A program made the position numbers and the translations under genes. The notes under the pieces were generated by a model. The model worked only from the letters and a program-made list of their open reading frames with translations, was not told the DNA's origin and made no database searches. 45,754 bases of DNA from a virus (taxonomy: Duplodnaviria > Caudoviricetes), in IMG/VR virus record IMGVR_UViG_3300036856_000017, positions 1-45,754 of that record; one strand, given 5' to 3'. Positions 1 through 8,802 of the stretch are shown here, in pieces; positions within the stretch are counted from its first letter, which is position 1; each line of letters begins with the position of its first letter.

Positions 1-187
1 GTCAGTGGTCTGCCTGGCAATCCGTCGTTGACCCGCCCCCCTACCGCAACACAGAGTGACGATCGCGCGAGCAGCAGCGCCAGGCCTGACCGGCTGTCAC
101 TGAGCACGCGACCCAGGCAGCGGCACGAGCCCCGAGGCAAGCGCGGCACTCCCTCACCGCTGCCGTCACCGCGGCCAGCCACGACCG

Positions 188-484
188 TCAGGAACTCCGG
201 TGCGTGGCGCGGTTGCAGCGGCGGTGCTCGGGTCCTGACCAGCCGGAACGATCTGGCAAGTGACCAAGGTCCCATTTAGCATCTGGAAGGATCTGCCTAG
301 AGGACTCAAGGCAGGCAGCAGCCATGCACCACCCGTCGCCAGCATCTATAACCGGCTGCCACCTGGCACGCTCGGCCTGGTGACGGCTGTCGTAACCACG
401 GCTGGCTGTCGTACCGCGACAGCCGTCACACCGTGACCCGCGAACTAGCCGGCCGCAGCCGCCCGTACACGGACGCAGCGCCAT
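188..484 (-). CDS. HNH-like endonuclease, probable cos-packaging accessory
   Basis: N-terminal Cys motifs, WDLGH...GPEHRRCNR motif, GGAG RBS, last gene before the junction with terS. Confidence 0.8.
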   Translation of the reverse strand: MALRPCTGGCGRLVRGSRCDGCRGTTASRGYDSRHQAERARWQPVIDAGDGWCMAAACLESSRQILPDAKWDLGHLPDRSGWSGPEHRRCNRATHRSS

Positions 485-508
485 GCGGTCTCCAGATGTG
501 GATCACGG

Positions 509-568
509 GGCACTCAGGGGCAAGCACCTGAGCAAGCGGGATGACTCAGGCACTCAAGTACCTGAGCA
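509..568. repeat. Imperfect direct repeat GGCACTCA...AAG(C/T)ACCTGAGCA, two copies, upstream of the HNH gene
   Basis: ggcactcaggggcaagcacctgagca and ggcactcaagtacctgagca seen directly. Confidence 0.6.
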
Positions 569-574
569 TGCGAA

Positions 575-600
575 TGGCCCCAGGGATTGCCTGGAGCCAT
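575..600 (-). terminator. Stem-loop, possible terminator or attenuator
   Basis: ATGGCCCCAGG...CCTGGAGCCAT inverted repeat with one mismatch; no strong U tract. Confidence 0.5.
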
Positions 601-626
601 GTCGCGAACCTTAGGATTCATCTTGA

Positions 627-647
627 TGCATAGCTGTCAACTATGCA
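627..647. promoter_or_regulatory. 21-bp palindromic operator-like site overlapping a minus-strand TTGACA
   Basis: TGCATAG-CTGTCAA-CTATGCA in an AT-richer intergenic region. Confidence 0.6.
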
Positions 648-678
648 AGTCACCACGCAAGCAGCAGTTGCGCCATCG

Positions 679-894
679 TCAGGCTGGCCAGGCATAGTTC
701 GGAGAGACGCCGTACTCCAGGAGCGCGGGCTTGCCGTTCTTGCGGCTGCACAGACTCTCAACCTTGACGTAGGCGAGTTTGTACGGGATGCCGAATTCGT
801 CCATGAGCGCTTCCACTACGCCGGGTCCACGATGGTCGCGCCACGCCTGCGCTAGCTGCACGACGCGCTCATCAGGGATGTCCTTGCATTGCAT
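679..894 (-). CDS. Hypothetical phage protein (MQCKDIPDERVV...)
   Basis: Follows the upstream gene closely; plausible composition; true start placed inside the listed 120-aa ORF. Confidence 0.6.
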   Translation of the reverse strand: MQCKDIPDERVVQLAQAWRDHRGPGVVEALMDEFGIPYKLAYVKVESLCSRKNGKPALLEYGVSPNYAWPA

Positions 895-899
895 CGCTA

Positions 900-1319
900 C
901 TACGGCTTCCACTCCTGCCGGTAGTCCGGGTGGTCGCTCCATACGGCGGCCAGCTGGACGACGGCGAAGCGCAGGGCACCGACAGCGCTCCTGACAAGGT
1001 CGTAGGTTTCGCGCTCGGACAGGAGTTCGCGGGATTCGCAATACTGCCTGACGATTTCCCGCTTGGCCTCGACCTCGCGGAGCACGCGGACCGGGTCGCT
1101 ATTGCCGATGTGGATGGCGAGCGCCAGATCATCTGGCAGCGGGTTACCGTGCCGGCAGTAGGCGATAATGCGCCCGAGGGCGCCGTCAGCCTCGCGAACG
1201 CGGACCTCACAGAGCGAGCCCGTGAAGTCCCACGCCTCGCCGCCAGCATTGCGCGCCGCCAGCTCATCATCGTCCAGCCGGGCCGTGATGAACGCGATCA
1301 GCTCATCCATGTCTTTCAT
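900..1319 (-). CDS. DUF6221-like protein
   Basis: LIAFITARLDDDE...DPVRVLREVEAKR...LAAVWSDHPDYRQEW signature; ATGA coupling at 1316-1319. Confidence 0.8.
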   Translation of the reverse strand: MKDMDELIAFITARLDDDELAARNAGGEAWDFTGSLCEVRVREADGALGRIIAYCRHGNPLPDDLALAIHIGNSDPVRVLREVEAKREIVRQYCESRELLSERETYDLVRSAVGALRFAVVQLAAVWSDHPDYRQEWKP

Positions 1320-2128
1320 CCTCTCACCTGGCTCCGCTGCGCGTGCAGCGCGAGCACCTCGGACAGCGCGTACACGCCGCCGGGTCTTGGTATGAGACGT
1401 CCCCGTGACGCCCACGAGGTGATCGTTCCCCGCGGCAGCGCGATGCCGATCCTTGCCAGGGCACCCGAGATCTCGCCCGCGCTGCCGAGCACGTCGGCGG
1501 CCGCCGCACGGTCACGGCGCCTGGCTGCCAGCGCCACCGCCAGCATCCCGCACTGGCAGCGCACCTCGTCAGCGCCCAGTTCGGCGAGCAGCTGCGCGCC
1601 GCACGTCTCGCACATCCCGGCCGGGACGCGCTCCGGCTTGCGGTCGATCACGGCGGCAGCACCGGCAGTGGCGCTGGTGACGCCGTGCAGCATGTCCGCC
1701 GCCCATTCCCGCTGCCGGATCGCGGGCAGCATGAACAGCAGCCACCGGGCCATGTCCGCGATGGTGTCGCGCGGCCAGCGGGAAAGCCGGATCGCCTCGC
1801 ACGAGCCGTGACGGCAGGCGCGGCATGCCGGGCCGCAGCGCTCCGGCTCGTGCTCCAGCAGCACGCGCACCCATCCGGACAGCTCGTTCGCCAGCGCGTC
1901 CCGTGACTCCATCGCGGCCATGTCGAGCGGCGGCCCGGATTCGGGAACGCGCCTCGATCCGCCGCCGCTGCCGCGCACGGTGAGGCGCGCGACCGCGTCG
2001 TCCAGGTCGGCGCTGATGCTGGCGGCGAACTCCAGCGAGGACCGGAGGCGCGCTGTACACGAGCGGCACAAACGAGCATCGGGGCTCGGCTGGCCGCACG
2101 CGCACAGCGGCGTCTGCGGGCTGGTCAC
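1316..2128 (-). CDS. Zn-finger plus C-terminal HTH protein, candidate late-gene regulator
   Basis: Several CxC/CxxC motifs; C-terminal GTITSWASRGRL HTH-like segment; position near the end of the early arm. Confidence 0.7.
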   Translation of the reverse strand: MTSPQTPLCACGQPSPDARLCRSCTARLRSSLEFAASISADLDDAVARLTVRGSGGGSRRVPESGPPLDMAAMESRDALANELSGWVRVLLEHEPERCGPACRACRHGSCEAIRLSRWPRDTIADMARWLLFMLPAIRQREWAADMLHGVTSATAGAAAVIDRKPERVPAGMCETCGAQLLAELGADEVRCQCGMLAVALAARRRDRAAAADVLGSAGEISGALARIGIALPRGTITSWASRGRLIPRPGGVYALSEVLALHAQRSQVRG

Positions 2129-2278
2129 TCAGCGGCTCTTCCGGGAGCACCAGCCGCACGTCTTGGCGTGGCGCCTGAACAGCGGCCTCCAGCGGCATCC
2201 GCAGCGGCAGTCACACCGCCGCCAGATGGCCATGCGCACCAGGCGGCGCTCCAGCGGGATACGGCGAGTCTCGGCCAT
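2129..2278 (-). CDS. 49-aa Arg/Cys-rich microprotein (MAETRRIPLERR...CDCRCGC...CGWC)
   Basis: Translated by hand; TGATG coupling upstream and abuts the next start. Confidence 0.6.
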   Translation of the reverse strand: MAETRRIPLERRLVRMAIWRRCDCRCGCRWRPLFRRHAKTCGWCSRKSR

Positions 2279-2841
2279 CACGCCTGCGGGATCTCCGGCG
2301 CGTCGGGCGCGGTCTGCGGGATGCCTGGCGGGCTCGCCACGATGGCATCCGGCGCGGGCTGGCCGCTGGCCGGGTCGGTCACCGTCGCGAGCTTCGCCTC
2401 GAACGCCGCAACCTCCTCCGGCGACAGTGCGGCCAGCTCGGGCGGCGTGATGACCGCCTGCGGCGCGGTCTTGCGCGCCTCCGCCTGGCGCAGCATGTCG
2501 GTGGCGCCCTGGATCAGCTCGGCGGGCACGCCCGCATTGCTGGCCCTCAGCGCCGCCTCCACGAACTCGTCAAGCACGGGGTCGCTGACGATGCGCTCCA
2601 GCAGCGGCAGGGCGTGCTCGATGCCAGCGCCGATCTCGGCGACCTGGTGCTCAAGCGACGTCTTGGCGGTGTCGATGTGCAGGATGGCGGAGTGGACGGC
2701 CTGCGCCAGCGTGGATGGCTGGCGCGCGGCGGGTGCGGTGTCGGACGCGGTCATGGGATGCGGCTCCTGGTTCGGGTGCTCGTGGTGGATGAGGGCGGCT
2801 AGGTGCGGGTGATCGCGGGCGATGTCGTCGAGGATGTTCAC
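2278..2841 (-). CDS. Hypothetical protein
   Basis: GTGA-coupled start; helical Ala-rich body with Pro-rich tail. Confidence 0.7.
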   Translation of the reverse strand: MNILDDIARDHPHLAALIHHEHPNQEPHPMTASDTAPAARQPSTLAQAVHSAILHIDTAKTSLEHQVAEIGAGIEHALPLLERIVSDPVLDEFVEAALRASNAGVPAELIQGATDMLRQAEARKTAPQAVITPPELAALSPEEVAAFEAKLATVTDPASGQPAPDAIVASPPGIPQTAPDAPEIPQA

Positions 2842-2930
2842 GGGTGCTCCCACATTTCGTGCCAGATCCAGCACGCGCTGACGAAGGCCAGCAGCAGCAG
2901 CGCGGCGACGGCGAGCTTGATGAGGGTCAC
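2838..2930 (-). CDS. 30-aa single-TM microprotein (MTLIKLAVAALLLLAFVSACWIWHEMWEHP)
   Basis: GTGA coupling at both ends; hydrophobic helix. Confidence 0.6.
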   Translation of the reverse strand: MTLIKLAVAALLLLAFVSACWIWHEMWEHP

Positions 2931-3253
2931 GGCTGGTCTCCGAGGATGGCGCGGATCTCCTGCGCCCAGTGCAGCTCGGCTTCGGACGTGTCGGTCGGCA
3001 CCGCCGCGAACTGCTCCAGCGTGGAGGCGAGACCGGCAAATCGCTTCCGCATCGCGCCGAGTTGCCTGCGCGCGCCGCTGGCAACGATCGCGGTGTCGGC
3101 GATGTCGGTCCATGCCTCACGCTCGCCGGGGCTCACCTCGGAAGGCTGGCGAAGACCTTCGCCCAAGGAAATGTCGTAGGCCATGCGTGCCGCCTCGCCG
3201 GGCGTGGCGGGCTGCTGGGAAATGTCTTCGGGCGTGATTCCGGTCATTGTCAT
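2927..3253 (-). CDS. Hypothetical protein
   Basis: AGGAG RBS; coupled to the next gene. Confidence 0.7.
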   Translation of the reverse strand: MTMTGITPEDISQQPATPGEAARMAYDISLGEGLRQPSEVSPGEREAWTDIADTAIVASGARRQLGAMRKRFAGLASTLEQFAAVPTDTSEAELHWAQEIRAILGDQP

Positions 3254-3257
3254 TCTC

Positions 3258-3494
3258 CTAATGGCTAAGTGCTTTCAGCGACGGCGGCAATTCGCCGTCG
3301 TACCACAGCTTGTTCTCGGCCTTGATCATCCGGGCTTTCTCGGCGGGGCTTATCTTCCATTCAATGCAGCGGTCCCGGAAGTAGTCGATGCGGTCGCAGT
3401 GCTCCTTCCAGTTCGCGGCTTTGACGAGGTACGGGCATTCGGCGACGTGGTGGCCGACTTCGAGGCAGTGAAAGCAGGCGAGTGTTTCGGTCAT
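3258..3494 (-). CDS. CCHC zinc-knuckle protein
   Basis: CFHCLEVGHHVAEC fits CX2CX4HX4C; ATGA coupling to the rep stop. Confidence 0.75.
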   Translation of the reverse strand: MTETLACFHCLEVGHHVAECPYLVKAANWKEHCDRIDYFRDRCIEWKISPAEKARMIKAENKLWYDGELPPSLKALSH

Positions 3495-4666
3495 GGCACG
3501 GCCTGGGCCAGCGGATGGCATGCCGGGCATCGGCGGGGCGGATCATCGCCGAGCAGGCGGGTGCGCTCATCGCACTCGCCGCACCACGGCGGCTTCGCGG
3601 CGACGGCGGGCGAGCCCTCTGGGCTCGCTCGCCCGGCGGCGACGCGGGAAGGGACCGGAACACCGTTCTTTGGTGTTCCGTCCCTTCGGGACGGGGTCGT
3701 GTGACTCACGCCGTTGTCACCCCGTGAGTCACGGCGTGACGAATGTGCCTGTCTACTGCGTCTTTGCCGTTCCGCTGCAGCCTTCCGCTCGTTTTCCACA
3801 GCCTCTTTCGTCGGGTTCTTGCTCTCCCACTCGTGGAACTTCCAGCCGCCGCCGCGACGCTTCTCCCACAGCCCCGAAGCCACTAGCTCCGCCGCCAGCT
3901 CTGAAGAGCCGCCGAGCGAGGCGAGATCCTGCGGGCGCACGACACCGTTCGTCAAGTGCGCACTAGACCAGGATCCGGCCGTCACCCACAAACCCCTTGC
4001 TGAAAGCGACGTTGAAAGCGTCTTGGGATGGCTGTGGAAGCCGTCGTCAACACGGAACCAGGGCATTAAGACTATGGTTCCCTTCCGGAATGGATCTTCG
4101 TACGGCTGCTCTTTCCAGTTGTCGAACCGCATCTCGCCATTGGCCGCGAAATGGCCGGTGAACTTCTCCCGGCATTTGCGGCAGCGCATGGAGAAGCGCG
4201 GAATGCACCACTGGTAGGCGCAGCAGCTAAGGCATTCGGTGAGCAGTGCGGGATATCCGAGTGCGCCGCCCCACTGCATGTAGCTCTCCCAGGTGAACAG
4301 CGAGAGCTTGCGGTGCATCGGCGGGTATCCGATGAGGACGATGGTTTCCGGGTGGTTCTCCTTCGCGTACTCGCGGGTCTTGTCGAGGCGCTGCATGTGC
4401 GGTCCCTTGACCTCGATGACGGTGGCCAGCTCGGGCAGCCGGAAGTCCGGCAGGTACTTCACGCCTGACGGAAGTTCGGCCAGTTCCTGCTCGTACTCCC
4501 AGCGGATGCCGTACCGGTCCAGCGTGGTCGCCCATCCGGCCTCCAGCCGGGACCGGAAGTGCGTCCCGGCGTAGTCGGTCGGGATGGAGTCGGTGACCTT
4601 GCGCGGGCCCGCTTCGAGATGGGCGACGATCGCGGCGTGCGGCCCGAGCGGTTCGGCGCCCATCAC
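3491..4666 (-). CDS. PD-(D/E)XK nuclease fused in frame to a phage replication initiator (Rep-like part starts at ATG 4066)
   Basis: FRSRLEA.WA...YLPDF...IEVKG nuclease motif; MPWFRVDDGFHSHPK initiator-type N-terminus; C-terminal WCGECD...CPACHP. Confidence 0.75.
   Translation of the reverse strand: MMGAEPLGPHAAIVAHLEAGPRKVTDSIPTDYAGTHFRSRLEAGWATTLDRYGIRWEYEQELAELPSGVKYLPDFRLPELATVIEVKGPHMQRLDKTREYAKENHPETIVLIGYPPMHRKLSLFTWESYMQWGGALGYPALLTECLSCCAYQWCIPRFSMRCRKCREKFTGHFAANGEMRFDNWKEQPYEDPFRKGTIVLMPWFRVDDGFHSHPKTLSTSLSARGLWVTAGSWSSAHLTNGVVRPQDLASLGGSSELAAELVASGLWEKRRGGGWKFHEWESKNPTKEAVENERKAAAERQRRSRQAHSSRRDSRGDNGVSHTTPSRRDGTPKNGVPVPSRVAAGRASPEGSPAVAAKPPWCGECDERTRLLGDDPPRRCPACHPLAQAVP
3700..3740. 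repeat. GTGAC/GTCAC iteron cluster, candidate replication origin inside rep
   Basis: GTGACTCACGCCGTTGTCACCCCGTGAGTCACGGCGTGAC. Confidence 0.65.
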
Positions 4667-4923
4667 GTGCACATCCAGCAGCCGCCCATGCCCGTCCAGC
4701 TCACCTCGTGCAGCTCGCACCACTCCCCGCCGGGCGGCTTCAGGCCGGGCGCGCAGTCCGTCGCCGCGATGATGCCGTGCCCCTTGCCGTCGTGGAAGGC
4801 GATGTTGCGCTCATATGCGGCCTCGGTGTCGGCGGCGAGCTGCTCGCGGACGGTCTTCTGCCACTGGCTCTCGCCCAGGCCGAGCAGCGCCCGGGCCCGG
4901 TCCACGCGGTCGTAGACGCTCAC
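4663..4923 (-). CDS. Hypothetical protein with C-terminal Cys/His motif
   Basis: Coupled both sides; WCELH...CWMC. Confidence 0.65.
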   Translation of the reverse strand: MSVYDRVDRARALLGLGESQWQKTVREQLAADTEAAYERNIAFHDGKGHGIIAATDCAPGLKPPGGEWCELHEVSWTGMGGCWMCT

Positions 4924-5081
4924 GTCTCCCCCTCGTGTGGTGCGTCGTCAAGCGCCCACCAGATGCCGTCCACGCCGTCATGGTGGAGCGGTCCGGGATG
5001 GCCGTCCGGCAGGCCGCAGATGAGCTGCGTCTGCTCATCGTCGTCAGTGCTGACGAAGGCGAGCGCCTGGCAGTCGCTCAC
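4920..5081 (-). CDS. 53-aa C...CxLxxGHxGxxH microprotein
   Basis: Hand translation MSDCQALAF...ICGLPDGHPGPLHH...; GTGA coupling both ends. Confidence 0.65.
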   Translation of the reverse strand: MSDCQALAFVSTDDDEQTQLICGLPDGHPGPLHHDGVDGIWWALDDAPHEGET

Positions 5082-5527
5082 GGCGTCGCCTCCCGCACGG
5101 TGATGACCGCGCCGGGCAGCTGGCCGAGGCTGGCATACCGCTTGCGCGCGGCGAGGTCGGTGACCTGGCCGTCATCGTCGTAGAGCACGCCCGTGAAGCT
5201 GTCGAGCACGGCGCGGGCCAGCTTGTCGCTGTCGAACCTGCTGACGGGATACGCCGGCGCGGTGTCGCGCAGCAGCGAGGCGTTGCGGCCGGTGCGGTAG
5301 TGCGACGGCGGCCGCGGTAGCCACAGGGTCATGCCGATGTCGATGGCGACGGGGCGACCCAGGAACGACATCCCGGCCGCCCTCGCCTTGCGGGTGACGG
5401 CGTTACGCCACTCCTGCAGCCGCTCCGGGTTGTCGTGCACGATGACGGCCTTGCCGCCGCGCACGAACGCCTTAACCGATCCCTCCGGCCACGGCGTGCC
5501 GTGGACCGTGATCGTGATCTCAGCCAC
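5078..5527 (-). CDS. rusA: RusA-family Holliday junction resolvase
   Basis: GTPWPEGS N-terminus; DSDKLARAVLDS...DDGQV catalytic Asp motif. Confidence 0.9.
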   Translation of the reverse strand: MAEITITVHGTPWPEGSVKAFVRGGKAVIVHDNPERLQEWRNAVTRKARAAGMSFLGRPVAIDIGMTLWLPRPPSHYRTGRNASLLRDTAPAYPVSRFDSDKLARAVLDSFTGVLYDDDGQVTDLAARKRYASLGQLPGAVITVREATP

Positions 5528-5864
5528 GGTCGGCCTGCTGCCGGTGCCGCTCGATGCATTCGAGAGCCGTCATGCCGTTGATGCGGATCCTCGGCGCGTG
5601 ATCGCGAGCGAGCAGCAGCGCCTCATCCAAGTCGAAGCGGTGCGCGGCGAGCCAGTCGTCCTCGCGGTTCGACGGCGACGGCTCGTAATCCCACTCGTCG
5701 TCGGTGCCGAGGCATGGGCCGCCGTCACCGCCCCGGATGACTGCCCATTTCCCGTGGCCGCGATCAGTGACCGATACGGACCACATGTAGGCGTCGATGT
5801 TGTCAGCCATATCCTCTGGCCACGCGGTGACCAGGTATGACGTGGCGACGACCCTGACTTCCAT
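5520..5864 (-). CDS. Hypothetical phage protein
   Basis: GGAAGGA RBS; WDYEPSPSNREDDWL...RFDLDEAL segment; overlaps the rusA start. Confidence 0.7.
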   Translation of the reverse strand: MEVRVVATSYLVTAWPEDMADNIDAYMWSVSVTDRGHGKWAVIRGGDGGPCLGTDDEWDYEPSPSNREDDWLAAHRFDLDEALLLARDHAPRIRINGMTALECIERHRQQADRG

Positions 5865-5895
5865 TCGGTTCGGTATCCTTCCTGGGTCGGGTGGG

Positions 5896-5927
5896 TGAGC
5901 CCGCCGTGCACCAGCGCGGCGGGCTCA
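5896..5927 (-). terminator. Intergenic stem-loop
   Basis: TGAGCCCGCCG...CGGCGGGCTCA. Confidence 0.6.
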
Positions 5928-5933
5928 GTGCTG

Positions 5934-6569
5934 TCAGAACGGCCCGTCGTTGTCGAACACGGAGACGTACCGGTCGGAGGCCCAGCGGATTACGCGCCCC
6001 TTGGCGGCGCTGTCGAGGGTCTCCAGCGCGTCGGCCACGGTCGCGATGACCTGTATCTCCGGGTCGTAGCTGAGCGGCTCGTCCAACTCGTCCGGCGCGT
6101 CGTCGTCCGCATGCGGGGGCGCGTGCATCCCGCAGTCGGGGCACACGATCGGCTCGTCGTCGTCCACCATCAGGGGCGTGCTCATGAGGCTCGCGGCGAG
6201 CCCGTTGAGAACGTCACACTGATGTCCATCGGTGAGCCCGGACATGATGCGCCGGGCGCGCCTGACGGCCTCGTCCACGGTGGTGGCGCGCGGGTCCACC
6301 GGGTCCGGCTCGTCGCCGTCGTCCGGCGCGTGCTCGCGATGCCACTCGCACCGCTCGGCCGACGTGCACGCGCAGGCGTTCTCTGGCATCGCCGTGTACA
6401 GCGCCGTCAGGATCTTGCTGGCGACGAACCCGGAGTTGAACAGCTTCGCGTACAGGACGCCGTTCTCCGGCTTCGCGGTGTCGGCATCAACGCCGACGGT
6501 CAGCCCGGTGAGGATTCTGCGGATGGCGCTGTTGGCGTCGTCGCGGCTGAGGTGGAGGTCACTCGCCAT
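5934..6569 (-). CDS. Hypothetical acidic protein
   Basis: AAGGAG RBS; Cys/His motifs and acidic linkers. Confidence 0.7.
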   Translation of the reverse strand: MASDLHLSRDDANSAIRRILTGLTVGVDADTAKPENGVLYAKLFNSGFVASKILTALYTAMPENACACTSAERCEWHREHAPDDGDEPDPVDPRATTVDEAVRRARRIMSGLTDGHQCDVLNGLAASLMSTPLMVDDDEPIVCPDCGMHAPPHADDDAPDELDEPLSYDPEIQVIATVADALETLDSAAKGRVIRWASDRYVSVFDNDGPF

Positions 6570-6759
6570 GGCCGTGCTCCTTGTCGTAGTCCTCGCTGGC
6601 GCCCGTGGCGTCGAGCACGTTCCGGATGTGCTGCCGGGCCTGCGCCCTGGTGAGCCGCCACGGGCCGACCGTGATCAGGTCGTGGTCCACCCCGGTGGGG
6701 ATGTCGTCGCCGTCGTATGAGCGGACCGGGGCGCCGATGCGGCGAACAGTGCTAGCCAC
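6559..6759 (-). CDS. Hypothetical protein
   Basis: GTG start overlapping the previous stop region. Confidence 0.55.
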   Translation of the reverse strand: MASTVRRIGAPVRSYDGDDIPTGVDHDLITVGPWRLTRAQARQHIRNVLDATGASEDYDKEHGHGE

Positions 6760-6973
6760 GGTCGGCCCCCTGCCCCGGCATCGCGGCGCGGTCGAGATAC
6801 TCCCGGAACTGGTCGAGCGCGGCGGCGTCAAGCTCGACGCCCGGCCACTCCTCCTCTTCGTCGTCCCATGCGCCGAACAGGACCCAGGCCTTCCCGCCGC
6901 TGGTGCCGACCTGGAGCCTGTTGCCGTCCCCGTCGGCGACGAGGCCGATCTGCGTCCAGTCGTCGTCAGGCAT
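6752..6973 (-). CDS. Small acidic protein (MPDDDWTQIG...)
   Basis: GAGGTG RBS; overlaps the recT stop. Confidence 0.65.
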   Translation of the reverse strand: MPDDDWTQIGLVADGDGNRLQVGTSGGKAWVLFGAWDDEEEEWPGVELDAAALDQFREYLDRAAMPGQGADRG

Positions 6974-7946
6974 CGCCGGGCACCTCGCCGTCCGCCGCGG
7001 CCGCAGCCAGGGCGGCGATGAGGTCGCCGCGGTTCTCGAACGCGGCGAGGATGCCGGTGAGGTCGGCGGCGGGGGTGCCGTCAGGCAGCAGCAGGCGCGC
7101 GGCCTCGCTGACCTCGCCCGGGTCCATGATGAGCCGCAGCGCCTGCTTCCTGATGCCCTCGGTGACCCACGCGGGCCACTGCTCCTCGGCGCTCTCCGGC
7201 TCCTGCGGCACGACTTCGGACGCGACCGGCTGCGGCTTGCGCGTCCGGATCTGCTCGGCGGTGGCGCGCTGCGGCGCTGGCGGGGCATCCTCGGCGAGCG
7301 GCGCCACGTCTTCGAGCAGCAGGCCGGACAGGTCCTGCGGGAACGCCCGGCGCAGCACGTCGGCCTCACAGCACTTCTCGATCATGTGGGCGGGCTTCTC
7401 CGTCCACATCTTGTTCAGGTTGCCGTCCTTCTTGCGCTGGCAGTACTCGTTGAAGCGGAGCGTGCTGGAGAACCTGCGGCCGTCGACCTTGATCGCGACC
7501 GTGCACGCCGCGGGCGGCTCGTCCCACAGCCACACGCCGAGCGCTTGGCCGTCGGCGGTGTACCAGACGGTGTCCTCGTACTCGACGCGCACGCCGTCGC
7601 GCTTGGCGATGCGGTCCCGGATGAGCCGGTAGCCGTCGATGCCGGTCTGCGTGGTGGGCTTGCTGACGAACTTGCCGTTCTCGTTCGACGGCCGGTAGAT
7701 GAGGTAGATCTGCCGGGCGAACGGGTCCAGCCCGGTGCGCTGGCACTGGTGCAGGAACACGCCCAGCTCGGCGGAGCTGGCCTCCTTGGGGATGCCCATG
7801 GCCACGAGGGCGGCGTGCTGGTTCTTGTCCCACATCGTCTGCCCGGCGCGCAGGGCGAGCGCCGCGGACTGCTGCGCTGCGGCGCGCTGCGGCGCGCTGC
7901 TGCGGGTGGCGAGGTCAGTAGAGCGGGGTGATTCCGTGGAAGTCAT
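6966..7946 (-). CDS. recT: Single-strand annealing protein, Bet/RecT family
   Basis: FLHQCQRTGLDPFARQIY...QTGIDGYRLI...PAHMIEKCCEADVLRRAFP. Confidence 0.9.
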   Translation of the reverse strand: MTSTESPRSTDLATRSSAPQRAAAQQSAALALRAGQTMWDKNQHAALVAMGIPKEASSAELGVFLHQCQRTGLDPFARQIYLIYRPSNENGKFVSKPTTQTGIDGYRLIRDRIAKRDGVRVEYEDTVWYTADGQALGVWLWDEPPAACTVAIKVDGRRFSSTLRFNEYCQRKKDGNLNKMWTEKPAHMIEKCCEADVLRRAFPQDLSGLLLEDVAPLAEDAPPAPQRATAEQIRTRKPQPVASEVVPQEPESAEEQWPAWVTEGIRKQALRLIMDPGEVSEAARLLLPDGTPAADLTGILAAFENRGDLIAALAAAAADGEVPGDA

Positions 7947-8802
7947 TGATGATCCTTTCGGCGCGTACGCGCTGGTATCCGGTAAGGGGAAGGTCGTCGA
8001 TCTCGTCGGACCATGCGGGCCACACGCCCGCTTCGGTGCACCCGGCGTAGATCTCGCTGGCCTGGCGGCACAGCTCGGCGCCTACCTCGAGGTCGCGGGG
8101 CAGCAGCCGGTGTTCCTGCACGAGGTACGGGGGCTCTGTCTGCACGACGACGAAGACGAAGTCGATCTCTTGCGGGTCGCACTTCAGGCAGGCGGCGAGG
8201 CCCTGCCGGTAGTGCGGGTCCTGCATGAAGTAGCCGAAGTCGCCGGCCGACTTGCTGCGGGCGTCCGGGCTGGCGTCGGCGGCGGTCTTGAAGTCGACGA
8301 TCGTGGGCGTCTCGCCGATGTACGTGAGCCAGTCCATGCGCCCGCGGTGCCAGCAGTACTCGTCCTGCCAGAACATGGACACCTCGGCGTCCCCGTCGCT
8401 GAACAGCGCGGCGGCGTTCGGGCGCGAGTGGACGGCGATAGCGATGGCCGCGGCCTCGGCGTAGTCCTTCGCGAGCATCGGCACCTTGCCAGCGGCGATG
8501 GCCTCGGCCTCGGCTTCCTTGTACGCCTTGGTGCGCCGGTCGGCGAAGTCGAGGACGGCGATGTCCGCCCCGGTGCCGAGGACCAGGCCGTGGACGGTGG
8601 TCCCGAGGTCCATGGCCTTGCTGGCGCGGTGCGGGTGCTTGCGGTCGTAGTCGTAGATGGCGGGGCAGCCGGGCGGCAGCAGCTTCTTCATGCCGCTGAC
8701 GGACAGGCTTCCCTCCGGGACGGGGTCACGGTGGTAGGCGTCCTCCGGCACGTCCGGGTAGAGACCTGGCGTCTCGACGGTGCCCGTAAAAATCTCAGGC
8801 AT
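7915..8802 (-). CDS. recE: RecE/ExoVIII-like PD-(D/E)XK exonuclease (DUF3799-like)
   Basis: LSVSGMKKLL, GTTVH, RGRMDW...IVDFKT, YFMQ; paired with the annealing protein. Confidence 0.88.
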   Translation of the reverse strand: MPEIFTGTVETPGLYPDVPEDAYHRDPVPEGSLSVSGMKKLLPPGCPAIYDYDRKHPHRASKAMDLGTTVHGLVLGTGADIAVLDFADRRTKAYKEAEAEAIAAGKVPMLAKDYAEAAAIAIAVHSRPNAAALFSDGDAEVSMFWQDEYCWHRGRMDWLTYIGETPTIVDFKTAADASPDARSKSAGDFGYFMQDPHYRQGLAACLKCDPQEIDFVFVVVQTEPPYLVQEHRLLPRDLEVGAELCRQASEIYAGCTEAGVWPAWSDEIDDLPLTGYQRVRAERIINDFHGITPLY

